This document shows positions 21,224 to 30,630 of a DNA stretch of 64,000 nucleotides, one piece after another. Every line of letters starts with the position of its first letter. The stretch's first letter is position 1. The DNA comes from a plasmid. The notes below the pieces were generated by a model, which did no database searches, had not been told where the DNA came from, and was given only the letters and a program-made list of their open reading frames with translations. The stretch lies in sequence record NZ_AP019725.1; one strand, 5' to 3'. The position numbers and the translations under genes were made by a program.

Positions 21224-22017
21224 TGAAGACCTTACTATCATTTTTGTCGCTGATGTTTTCAGCAAATTTTGTTTGTAATGCGCAAAACCTTCCGGAGGTT
21301 CCGGAAGGTTTTAAATGGGAAAAGGTGGAAAGCCTTTCGGATGAGTTTGATTACTGGGATGCTACAAAATGGCACAGGTCATTATGGAATTATGACGTAC
21401 CGGTACAGATGGTTGCCGAGAACTCGGGAGTAGATAACGGTTTGCTTTGGATCAAGGCTACACTTGACGATGGCAAGGAAAGGTGGTTTAAGACTTCTAG
21501 GGTTATGTCGAATACGAGAATTTCATATCCGATGTACACAGAATGTTATATGCGTACCGCACATATTTCGGCTTTCAGTACTTTCTGGATGAATAATGGC
21601 AACAGTAATGACAGGGATGAGATAGACATGTGTGAGCATAACTCAAAACCTTCTATTAAGGCACAGGAGAATACACGTCCTTATACTATGTATTCGCAAT
21701 ACTTTGTTGTCAAGAATGGTGTTACAGAAAGAAATAACGGTAACTTCGATAACAGGAAACTCTCTGACGGAAATCCGGCAAAAGGAGTGAAATGGAATGA
21801 AAAGTTCCAAAGAATTGGAGTGTGGTGGAAAGATGCCAACAATATTCAATTTTACTTGAATGGTGAACCTACAGGAAATGTGGTATCAAAACAGGATTTT
21901 ACTCTAGAACTGAATATCATATGGGATTTGTGGACTGCTGATGAGACCTGGACCGGCGGATTGTGTGAAAAGAATGATCTTCTTGATGATAGTATCAATA
22001 CTATGTATGTAGACTGA
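21220..22017 (+). CDS. GH16-family glycoside hydrolase (secreted)
   Basis: Signal peptide. FWMNNGNSNDRDEIDMCEH (ExDxxE). IGVWWKDANNIQFYLNGE. The start codon overlaps the previous stop (ATGA). Confidence 0.8.
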   Translation: MMKTLLSFLSLMFSANFVCNAQNLPEVPEGFKWEKVESLSDEFDYWDATKWHRSLWNYDVPVQMVAENSGVDNGLLWIKATLDDGKERWFKTSRVMSNTRISYPMYTECYMRTAHISAFSTFWMNNGNSNDRDEIDMCEHNSKPSIKAQENTRPYTMYSQYFVVKNGVTERNNGNFDNRKLSDGNPAKGVKWNEKFQRIGVWWKDANNIQFYLNGEPTGNVVSKQDFTLELNIIWDLWTADETWTGGLCEKNDLLDDSINTMYVD

Positions 22018-22153
22018 ATACTTCTAGTCTAAGATAAAGAGAAAAAAATCTTTAATTTTAAAATACATACTATCTACTTTAAATTTACCTATGTTAGGTT
22101 TGGTAATTTATCAATATATTCGTAATTGATTTTTTTATTAATATTTTTATAGT

Positions 22154-23386
22154 ATGAGAGTAAAGCTTTTAGTATCAGTATTGATAGGAGTTTCTGCAGA
22201 CTTGTTTGCACAGAATCCATTCCCTTATGTTATGCCTAAAGAAAAGCCAACTTTCAAGATGAGTTGCGCTATGAACAGAGTGTATGATAATTACGGAGCT
22301 GCAACTCCACAGTTGAATGAATTATACACGAACTTCAAGTACTCACCGCTTACAGGCTTTGACTATCATAATGATGATGGGACAGTAACACGAAGAGACC
22401 CTTCAAGAATTATTAAGGTAAACGGTAAATACTATATGTGGTACACCAAGCGTTGCACTCCAACAACCTTTGTAGGGACAAAGCTTGCTAATGATACTAT
22501 TCCGTCTGTGGATTGGGACTTGTGTGATATTGCATATGCCACAAGTAAAGATGGTTTTCATTGGGAAGAACAGGGGATAGCTGTACATCGCCCGAAGAAA
22601 CCGGAACTTGGGTGGAGGTCGGTTGCAACTCCGGATGTATTGGTCTGGAAAGGCAAGTATTATTTATATTATCAGGCCTTTTCTGTAATGAGCGGAAGTA
22701 CCGGTCGTGATGACTGCCCAGTTGCAATGTCGTATGCCGATTCGCCTGACGGACCATGGACTCCCGTAAATGAAATCATTATTCCAAACGGTGAACCCGG
22801 TGATTGGGATCAATTTTCTATTCATGACCCTCAACCATTGGTTTATAAAGGGAAAATATATCTATATTATAAATCGGATTATAACGGAAAGGATAATGGC
22901 GGTTTAATCCGCTCTCAGGGTCTTGCCATAGCTGATAATCCTATGGGACCATTCAAAAAATATGAATTGAACCCGATTATCAGTTCCGGACATGAGACTC
23001 AGTTTTTCCGTTTCAAGCAGGGGATAGCCTCGATTATGGCTAAAGACGGGCATGAAAATAATACTATTCAATATTCAGAGGATGGCAAGAATTTCAAGGT
23101 TGCAAGTATTTGTGCCATGATGCCAATTGCTTCAGGACTTTATGACCCGGATGCCTTTACGGATGTACCGTTTGCTAATGGCATAACATGGGGTATTTCC
23201 CATTATAATTTGTGGGGTCGAAACAGAAGAAGTATTTTATTGCGGTTCGACTGTGATTTGAGTATTGATTTCAATGATCCGGAAATGAAAAAGAATGATG
23301 TTCCTTTTTCTTTGGAAGAGTTATATCGAAGGGGATTGACTAAAAAGCAGAAGGAGATTATCTTAAAAAGGGATAGAATAAAATAA
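22154..23386 (+). CDS. GH117-like (GH43-fold) glycoside hydrolase, candidate alpha-1,3-(3,6-anhydro)-L-galactosidase
   Basis: Signal peptide. Five-bladed-propeller-type motifs RRDPSRIIKVNGKYYMWYT, HDPQ, and adjacent His-Glu in SSGHETQ, which is the pattern reported for GH117 catalytic residues. The neighbours are agar/porphyran enzymes. Confidence 0.55.
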   Translation: MRVKLLVSVLIGVSADLFAQNPFPYVMPKEKPTFKMSCAMNRVYDNYGAATPQLNELYTNFKYSPLTGFDYHNDDGTVTRRDPSRIIKVNGKYYMWYTKRCTPTTFVGTKLANDTIPSVDWDLCDIAYATSKDGFHWEEQGIAVHRPKKPELGWRSVATPDVLVWKGKYYLYYQAFSVMSGSTGRDDCPVAMSYADSPDGPWTPVNEIIIPNGEPGDWDQFSIHDPQPLVYKGKIYLYYKSDYNGKDNGGLIRSQGLAIADNPMGPFKKYELNPIISSGHETQFFRFKQGIASIMAKDGHENNTIQYSEDGKNFKVASICAMMPIASGLYDPDAFTDVPFANGITWGISHYNLWGRNRRSILLRFDCDLSIDFNDPEMKKNDVPFSLEELYRRGLTKKQKEIILKRDRIK

Positions 23387-23475
23387 AAATACCCCCTAAT
23401 TTCGAAAGAAATATCTACGACTAGTCTGGTAGGTTAATTATATTTTTGTGTTCATATAAAAACTTAAAACTAATT

Positions 23476-23796
23476 ATGAATAAACTTTTATTTTTTCTAC
23501 CAATTTATTTTTTCGTGTTCGGAGAAATCGTCTGAAGATGAAGATATTAATATTCCTTTCGAAAATAGGACTTGTTTTGTAGATGATAGCATTCGTACCA
23601 TTGTTGATTCTGTCTATAATTTATTATCTCCTGATGAACCTACTGCGCAAATTCATGGTATAAGACCTATATTAATTGTTGAGAATGGTAAGTTAAGCTT
23701 AGAAAAGTGCCGTAAGCTGATACCTTATGGCATCGGGCATATTTCGCAGTTTGCATGTATGAAGGACTTAAAGGTAAATGTATTACGTTGGAGATA
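23476..23796 (+). pseudogene. Small lipoprotein gene with a +/-1 frameshift in a T-run (not in the ORF track)
   Basis: ATG at 23476 gives MNKLLFFLPIYFFVFGEIV*. Shifting one nt in the ATTTATTTTTTCGTG run gives ...FSCSEKSSEDEDINIPFENRTCFVDDSIRTIVDSVYNLLSPDEPTAQIHGIRPILIVENGKLSLEKCRKLIPYGIGHISQFACMKDLKVNVLRWR*. The frame-corrected junction MNKLLFFLPIYF-FSCSE is a textbook lipobox. Confidence 0.4.
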
Positions 23797-23886
23797 GAAC
23801 TGTTACAGAAAACAGAAGAGTTATATTTTTGGAGGTTACAGTTAATGATGATGAAACGAATTTATAAACCTATATAGAAAAAACAT

Positions 23887-25443
23887 ATGAGAACTGATTT
23901 ATTTTTTTATCCGGCAATTGCCGCAGCAGTGCTGTCTTCATGCGGAGGGAAAAAAGACGCTGCAGAAGTGAATAAGAAACCTAATGTATTGTTTATTTAT
24001 GCCGACGATATCGGTTACGGTGATTTGAGCTGTTATGGCGGAAAATCGATTATTACTCCAAATGTGGAGAAACTGGCATCTGAGGGTATAATGTTTACAA
24101 ATGCCCACTGTGGTGCATCTACAAGTACACCATCAAGATATGGAATGCTCACTGGTGAGTATCCGTGGAGAAAGAAAGGTACCGGGATAGCGGCAGGTGA
24201 TGCAGCTATGATTATCAAGCCAAACATATATACTATGGCTGATATGTTTGTTGATGCAGGATATTCGACAGGTGTCATCGGTAAGTGGCATCTTGGTCTT
24301 GGTGATAAGGCTGGTCAGCAGGACTGGAATGGATTGGTTTCTCCAAATCCAAGCGATATCGGGTTTGAATTCTCGCATATAATGGCTGCGACAGCTGACC
24401 GTGTTCCTTGTATTTGGATTGAAAACGGAAGAGCTTTAGGATTATCACCAGATGATCCCGTAGAGGTTAGTTATACCAAGAATTTCCCTGGCGAGCCTAC
24501 CGGAAAAGACAATCCAGAGTTGCTAAGACTTCATCCTTCTCACGGACATGATATGAGTATCGTAAACGGTATTTCACGTATTGGATATATGAGAGGAGGT
24601 AAATCTGCATTATGGAGAGATCAGGATATTCAGGACAGTATCATTGCCAATGCCGTAAGATTTATTGAAGAAAAGTCGGCTTCGGATAAACCTTGGTTCC
24701 TGTATCTGGCTACAAATGATATTCATGTACCTCGTGATCCGCATGAAAGATTTGTCGGAAAAAGCGGACACGGTCTCCGCGGTGATGCTTTGTTGTCTTT
24801 TGACTGGGGTGTAGGCGAAGTTATGAAGACTCTGGAAAGATTAGGTATTGACGAGAATACAATTGTCGTCCTTTCAAGTGATAACGGTCCGGTGATAGAT
24901 GATGGTTATAAGGATCAGGCTGTGGAATTACTTGGCGACCATAAGCCTGCAGGCGACTTGAGAGGTGGCAAGTACAGTAACTATGAGGCTGGCACACGTG
25001 TTCCATGTATCTTGAGATGGAAAAATCACGTTAAACCAGGTGTTAACGATTTGCTTATGTCTCAATTGGACTGGTTTGCTTCATTTGCTGCAATGACTGG
25101 TGTAACTTTACCTGATGGTGCAGCGCCTGACAGTGAGAATCTTCTTGATGCATGGTTGGGTAAATCGGAAAAGGGTAAAGAATATTTTGTAACACAGAAT
25201 ATTCAGAACTTCCTTGGCATAACAGATGGCGAATGGAAGTTTATTCCTAGAAATAATGCTCCTGCTTTGAATGTACAGACTAATACAGAGTTGGGGAATA
25301 GTCCAAAGGATCAGTTATTTAAGTTGAATGGCGACAGGAGTGAATCAGTGAATGTGATTGACAAGAATCCTGAGGTGGCTGCTAAACTTAAAAAAGAGCT
25401 TGAAAGAATAGTCGACAATAGATATTTACAAAATATGAATTGA
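23887..25443 (+). CDS. S1 sulfatase, Ser-type, lipoprotein
   Basis: Lipobox (LSSCGG). LFIYADDIGYGD metal site. S-T-P-S-R-Y-G-M-L-T-G signature. GKWHLG. Confidence 0.85.
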   Translation: MRTDLFFYPAIAAAVLSSCGGKKDAAEVNKKPNVLFIYADDIGYGDLSCYGGKSIITPNVEKLASEGIMFTNAHCGASTSTPSRYGMLTGEYPWRKKGTGIAAGDAAMIIKPNIYTMADMFVDAGYSTGVIGKWHLGLGDKAGQQDWNGLVSPNPSDIGFEFSHIMAATADRVPCIWIENGRALGLSPDDPVEVSYTKNFPGEPTGKDNPELLRLHPSHGHDMSIVNGISRIGYMRGGKSALWRDQDIQDSIIANAVRFIEEKSASDKPWFLYLATNDIHVPRDPHERFVGKSGHGLRGDALLSFDWGVGEVMKTLERLGIDENTIVVLSSDNGPVIDDGYKDQAVELLGDHKPAGDLRGGKYSNYEAGTRVPCILRWKNHVKPGVNDLLMSQLDWFASFAAMTGVTLPDGAAPDSENLLDAWLGKSEKGKEYFVTQNIQNFLGITDGEWKFIPRNNAPALNVQTNTELGNSPKDQLFKLNGDRSESVNVIDKNPEVAAKLKKELERIVDNRYLQNMN

Positions 25444-25521
25444 TGATTTTTTGGGGGTTATATATTCCGTATATGGTTCTATAGGACCTATACGGGATTT
25501 TTTTATGAAGAACACAGGTCT

Positions 25522-25785
25522 ATGAAACTGAAATTTTACTTTATCCTGATAATCTCTGTTACTATATCAATACATGCTTTTGCCTCCTTAAATAGAGTAA
25601 AGAGTTCAAAGTATATTGAAATTAAAAAATATGAAGTAGTTGATATAGTTTTCAAATCTACAAAATCCTCTTGTCCTTTTGATGTAGAGTTCAGCGTACT
25701 GTTTACCTCAAGGAATCGAATAATACTATTCAAAGTCCTAAATTACAGCACTTTAATATCTTTGGAAAAATCCCCGAACCACTGA
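25522..25785 (+). CDS. Hypothetical 87-aa protein; possibly an N-terminal remnant of a DUF5060-type (glycoside-hydrolase-associated) protein
   Basis: Signal peptide then KYEVVDIVFKSTKSSCPFDVEFSVLFTS, which resembles the start of DUF5060 N-domains. It then diverges and stops. It lies at the PUL/mobile-DNA boundary. Confidence 0.25.
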   Translation: MKLKFYFILIISVTISIHAFASLNRVKSSKYIEIKKYEVVDIVFKSTKSSCPFDVEFSVLFTSRNRIILFKVLNYSTLISLEKSPNH

Positions 25786-25957
25786 ATCAGCCATATGCCA
25801 AATTCACCAATTTTCGATAGATTCTCGTTAATCATCCTTTGACTTTACAAAGGTAAGTGTTCGGTTCTATTCCTCCAAATATTTATATAATTATTTAGGG
25901 GTAGCTACAAGCTATTTTATAAAGTTTATCTTTTGATTATTAATGTTTTAAGAGATA

Positions 25958-26179
25958 TTATTCAAATGCCAATACTTTGTTTCTTTCCAATATTTCTATA
26001 ATATCCTGTTCCTTATACAGAATCTTTCCTCCTATTCTGTAATAGGGCAATTTACCATTCATTCTATATTCAATGAGTGTTCTTTTTGTTATTTTGAGAG
26101 CTTTTGATAATTCTTGTTCTGTAATATAGCGGTTCCCGTCTAATATAGGTCTGTAGATTAAGGAGTTTGCATCCAACAT
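25958..26179 (-). CDS. Excisionase/MerR-like helix-turn-helix DNA-binding protein
   Basis: ITEQELSKALKITKRTLIEYRMNGKLPYYRIGGKILYKEQDIIEIL is a typical excisionase-family HTH of Bacteroides mobile elements. Confidence 0.65.
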   Translation of the reverse strand: MLDANSLIYRPILDGNRYITEQELSKALKITKRTLIEYRMNGKLPYYRIGGKILYKEQDIIEILERNKVLAFE

Positions 26180-26352
26180 TCAGAAAGCCATCTCTTCCAG
26201 ACCTTTGTAATCTGTCCAGTAAAATATAGGCGAAAAAACTCTTTGGTAAGATGGTTGTCAGGGAGTTTTCCAACAGGAGTTACACCGTTTTCTTCAATAA
26301 AGACATCCACATCAATATTATATTTTTCAACTAGTTCAAATTTATTTTCCAT
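26158..26352 (-). CDS. Hypothetical small protein (64 aa) overlapping the HTH gene start by 22 nt
   Basis: ORF only; no motif recognised. It could be the first gene of the same operon. Confidence 0.3.
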   Translation of the reverse strand: MENKFELVEKYNIDVDVFIEENGVTPVGKLPDNHLTKEFFRLYFTGQITKVWKRWLSECWMQTP

Positions 26353-26518
26353 ATAAGCTAATTTGTGTGGTTTGGGACAAAAATAGTAAATTTTGATTAT
26401 GTCACAAAATCAAAATTAAATAATTTGAACGTATTGTGTTATAAAATTTATTGTAAAAAAAAAGACTTGCCTATTCCATCAGGAATCAAGCAAGCCTACA
26501 GCATGAGCGCACAATGAA

Positions 26519-26734
26519 TCAGTCTTTCAGAGAGTATGTCTTCACTGTCTTCTTACCTACTTTTTCTGTAGAGAAGGAAAGTTTGTCTTCCTTAGACAAC
26601 CATCCGATAGCAGCCCAGAACTCAGATTCTGAGAGCTTGGACTCCCTCTTAAAAAGAGATACTTCTACACCATTTTTACCTTCGAGCAGATGCCAGATAA
26701 TGCCGGCATTCTGGCCAATTAATACCTGTTCCAT
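26519..26734 (-). CDS. Winged-helix domain protein (DUF2582-like)
   Basis: 71 aa, MEQVLIGQNAGIIWHLL...AAIGWLSKEDKL, matching the short wHTH family common in Bacteroides. Confidence 0.55.
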   Translation of the reverse strand: MEQVLIGQNAGIIWHLLEGKNGVEVSLFKRESKLSESEFWAAIGWLSKEDKLSFSTEKVGKKTVKTYSLKD

Positions 26735-27386
26735 AATGAAATTGATTAAATGATTAATGAAAAGTGAATAAATGAGGAAACATCTATCACAGCCTGGAGA
26801 GGGTGCGATAGATAGGCTGCAGATGCAGCTATAAACTTAAATTATAATGTGCTTTGATTTACTACTGTCAAGAATTGAAGAAATGAATGAGAATGACAGT
26901 GTAAGAAGTTATTTATGTCTTATGACAAAGCAAAGATACAGAAATTTTCTATTAACAAAGAAAATTTGAAAAGAAAAAGCGGTTAAGTTACCCTAACCGC
27001 CCATAGCCATGCACGTCTTCCGTAATAGGCTATTACCAGAACCTCTGCCTGAATTTATAAAATTACGAAGAATATCTGATAAAAGCAAATAAAATATATA
27101 TTACCCCAAACATTATTGGACAAAAAGAAATAATAGCCCGTGAAGAGAACCAACAATAGGGAAATAGTATAATATTCCAGGTTCCAGATATCAACCAGGC
27201 ACCGCAGAGAAAGAAGCAGCTGGAAGAAGAACTCGACCAGCCCAGGAAAAGAAGCCGGGGTTTTGGAATGGGTATGTGATTTTACATATACATGCTTGCG
27301 TTAGGGATACCTTGCCCCCTGTATTTTTGATACAGGGGTATTAGGCTCCCCAAAGGCTTTTATAAAGTTATAAGCAGGGGAAAGGA

Positions 27387-27935
27387 CTACACACAATACA
27401 ATTCACAGGGTTTGCCCGTTGATTGGTGATTGATATTGATTAATATTTTCAACTGAACTTCCTTTTGATTGCCAATGCATGATAAATCAACATTTTCTAT
27501 TACATGGCAGCCATTAGCTTCACAAATCTTGTCAAATTCTATATGTCTCTTTCCTTTCTCCGCTATACCATGAGAATCGATGATAATAAAAAGCGGTTTC
27601 TTCTCCAAAATAGTATGAAGGACTTCCTCACTCAGAAAGGTTTCTGTGGAGAAATACATATCCGTTCCGTATTCGTTTCTCTCCAAATTGGCTGTATGTA
27701 ACAGTAAAGCCATATTTTCAAGGGTGGTAAGACTTTTAATATCTTCCTCTTTGGGCATTTCATTCTGACAATCAAGAACCATTGCTGTGATATTGTATTC
27801 AGGCTTCTCTGGTACTGTTGTATAACAATCCAAGTGAGTACCGACATGTCCTCTTGCCCCTATTCTGTCAGCTTGTGTATTAGCCCATTTAATAGCAGGT
27901 GAATTCTCTTCTAATGTTATGTGTAACTGATTCAT
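27387..27935 (-). CDS. Cyclase-family protein (kynurenine formamidase-like, PF04199-type)
   Basis: HxGTHxD motif (RGHVGTHLDCYTTVP) and downstream conserved acidic/His residues. 182 aa. Confidence 0.6.
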   Translation of the reverse strand: MNQLHITLEENSPAIKWANTQADRIGARGHVGTHLDCYTTVPEKPEYNITAMVLDCQNEMPKEEDIKSLTTLENMALLLHTANLERNEYGTDMYFSTETFLSEEVLHTILEKKPLFIIIDSHGIAEKGKRHIEFDKICEANGCHVIENVDLSCIGNQKEVQLKILININHQSTGKPCELYCV

Positions 27936-28160
27936 AATTCTGTATTTACTTTTATTTTCCCGAATGTTTTCTGTTCATCACGTACCCGGCTAAGTTCCCG
28001 ATGTGCTTTTTCCTTATACTCCTGAAGAACTTTGATTTCGTTACGAAATAAAAATTCAACAAGGATATCATTGTTTTTATACAAACTATACAAATGTAGA
28101 TATTAAAATTGACTTATAGCTGTAATTATGAAATAAATAAGCTACATTCAGCACCATATT

Positions 28161-29432
28161 TTACTTCACGAGAATGACATCATCGAGGTTGGTGGTGTAC
28201 TGCTTGCTGATGTGTTCGCATTTGAGGTGCCATGACTTATCTGTAGTGCCCTGGACAGCTACCTTTATGGTGTTGTGGCCATTCTTTCGGTTGATAGCAT
28301 CTATGGCGGCGGCCAGGCGTGATTGCTTGTCACGGTCAATGGTGTCAAAAAGGTTGGTTTGGATGGCAGAATCAGGAACTATGTTCCAGACAATGACACC
28401 GGCTTTTTTGTACTGATAACCGCCCTCTTTGCGGAAATCCATGCGGAGTGCCCGAACTGCAGTGCTTACAAGTTCCTGAAGGTCGTTGGTCGGTACCTGC
28501 AGGTGGATGGTGCGGTTGATGCAGTACTGCGGAAGATCCATACGGAAACGGCTGGTATAGGCGAATACTGTTATCTCTGTGCAGCAGCTGTGCTGCATAC
28601 GGAGCTTACGGACACATTCGGAAGAAAAGTTGGCGACAGCTTCCTCTAAGCTGGAGAGTTCGGACAGACCGGAGTCAGGGAAACTTCGGCTGGTACAGAT
28701 ACTCTTCTTCTGTGGCAGTTCCTCGACATCGATGCAGGATTCACCACGAAGCTCCTTCCAAGTACGTACACCGGTAATTGTAAGTTATTTTCGCACAAAA
28801 CTCTCGCTTTTCTGAGTGAAATCCCAGGCGGTATTTAAACCGTAATAGTGCAGCTTATCCAAGCTTCGATGGCCGATACCCCAAACATCGCCAATTTCGA
28901 AGCCCTGCAGCGCCTTGATGCGCTTTTCCTCAGAATCAATCATGCATACACCCTGATATCCCTTGTACTTCTTTCCGTAACGGCTTGCCACCTTCGCCAG
29001 AGTCTTTGTCGGAGCAATACCCATCGTAACCGGGATGCCGGTACCCTTTCCGATGGTCTTCACAATCCTGTGACCGTAGGAAACCAACTTCTCCCCTTCT
29101 CCGAAGCCGGAGAGATCCAGGAACGCTTCATCAATTGAGTACTGGGTCAGTTCGGGCGTGAACTCGGACAGCAGCATCATTACCCGGCGACTCATGTCAC
29201 CGTACAGGTTGTAGTTTGAGCTGAAGACAGCCACATTGTTTGCCTCAAGGACTTCACGAATCTGGTAGAGAGGTGTACCCATCTTGATACCCATTGCTTT
29301 AACTTCGTTGCTTCGGGCCACGACACAGCCGTCATTGTTACTCAGAACAACGACAGGTTTGTCACGGAGCAGCGGATTGAACACGCGCTCGCATGAACAG
29401 TAGAAGTTATTGCAATCGACAAGGGCTATCAT
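28161..29432 (-). pseudogene. umuC: Y-family DNA polymerase UmuC/DinB-like with a single in-frame TAA at 28785-28787
   Basis: N-terminal part [36 protein letters not shown] (palm). The same frame continues through the stop: ...ESFVRK*LTITGVRTWKELRGESCIDVEELPQKKSICTSRSFPDSGLSELSSLEEAVANFSSECVRKLRMQHSCC... to the C-terminal DUF4113-like end. The total would be about 423 codons. Confidence 0.75.
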
Positions 29433-29878
29433 CTTCCTTTTCTAAGCTGTCTCTTTATGTTATAAGTAAGAACACCCCATATCAGGTAGTTGTTCTCTTC
29501 AGTAATCTTTATGGGTGAATATTCCTCGTTGGCCGGTACGAGCCAGATACATTTCTCCTTATCGTCAAAGCGCACAGTCTTCAGCGTGAACTCTCCATCG
29601 ATGAAAGCCACAACGATGTCACCGTCCTGAGGCTCCAAGGCCTTGTCTATAACCAACAGGTCGCCATCATCAATACCACAGTCCTTCATTGAATCTCCGG
29701 AAGCACGGGCATAGAATGTTGTGGCCGGATGACGTATGAGTTCCCGGTTCAGGTCTATGCTGTCAGTCATGTAGTCCTGGGCCGGTGAAGGAAATCCAGC
29801 TCTCACACCTTGATCTGCAAACGGCAATGACAGTTCACTGCTCAGGTCAGCAGAATACATGGTAAGTTTTATGTTCAT
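29429..29878 (-). CDS. umuD: UmuD-like LexA/S24 peptidase-family protein
   Basis: ARASGDSM (Ser nucleophile) and [11 protein letters not shown] (Lys). 149 aa. It overlaps the umuC start by 4 nt. Confidence 0.8.
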   Translation of the reverse strand: MNIKLTMYSADLSSELSLPFADQGVRAGFPSPAQDYMTDSIDLNRELIRHPATTFYARASGDSMKDCGIDDGDLLVIDKALEPQDGDIVVAFIDGEFTLKTVRFDDKEKCIWLVPANEEYSPIKITEENNYLIWGVLTYNIKRQLRKGR

Positions 29879-30159
29879 CCCAGTAGACCTTTCTCCAGCA
29901 TTTCCTTACGAAGAAGTTCTTTCTCAACCTCAGTCATATCAGCCAGTTTCAATCTGTGCGGATTCTGTATCTGATAAGCCTTGACATCATCAATCACATT
30001 CTGGAAGTCATACAGAAATTCGCGAGAAGCGCCATGCCTTCTGTAGATTTCAATGGCTGCTTCCAATACTTCTACTGTGCAGCTGTCATCGCCCTGAAAT
30101 ACGATAGCCGGTATATCATTTACGATGCATTTTCTTAATAAAGCAAGTTGATCTTTCAT
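29875..30159 (-). CDS. Small conserved protein (94 aa); stand-alone copy of an N-terminal domain also found at 46624 and 56651
   Basis: MKDQLALLRKCIVNDIPAIVFQGDDSCTVEVLEAAIEIYRRHG is nearly identical in pattern to the N-termini of 46624-47658 and 56651-56875. The stop overlaps the umuD start. Confidence 0.55.
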   Translation of the reverse strand: MKDQLALLRKCIVNDIPAIVFQGDDSCTVEVLEAAIEIYRRHGASREFLYDFQNVIDDVKAYQIQNPHRLKLADMTEVEKELLRKEMLEKGLLG

Positions 30160-30286
30160 ATTTTGATTATGTTACAAATTCAAAAATAACATAAAATAAT
30201 TTAGTTGTGTAATTTTATCCTAATCATACACAATCTACAGATAGTTGTGATACAGATAAATGGATAGTTGTATAAAACCGTCCATA

Positions 30287-30574
30287 TTAAATATTTTTCA
30301 ATTTACTTATTGAAGCAACAAACTCTTTGGCAGGTTTGAAAGCAGGTATATCATGTTCCGGCACAATTAATGTAGTGTTTCTGCAAATATTGCGAGCGGT
30401 TTTCTCTGCTCTATGCTTCAGGATAAAGCTGCCGAAGCCTCTTAGAAAGACAGGTTCCTGATTTGCCAATGAAGATTTTACTTCAGACATGAATGCCTCT
30501 ACTACTGTTAATGCTGTTGCGTAATCTATACCAGTAGAATAAGATATTTGTTTAACTAATTCAGATTTTGTCAT
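30287..30574 (-). CDS. HU/IHF-family DNA-binding protein
   Basis: MTKSELVKQIS...VFLRGFGSFILKHRAEKTARN...IPAFKP matches the HU fold signature. The probable start is the internal Met (the track ORF extends to 30619). Confidence 0.75.
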   Translation of the reverse strand: MTKSELVKQISYSTGIDYATALTVVEAFMSEVKSSLANQEPVFLRGFGSFILKHRAEKTARNICRNTTLIVPEHDIPAFKPAKEFVASISKLKNI

Positions 30575-30630
30575 ATAGCTATTTATAAAGGTTGATAATA
30601 AATACATTAAAATAGGCACAAAGATAATAA

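Noticed and set aside
27936-28110. About 50-codon ORF ending ...KIKVNTEL with its TGA overlapping the ATG of the cyclase gene
   Set aside because: It has no ATG start (TTG only), is short and has no homology signal. It could be a leader, but is unsupported.
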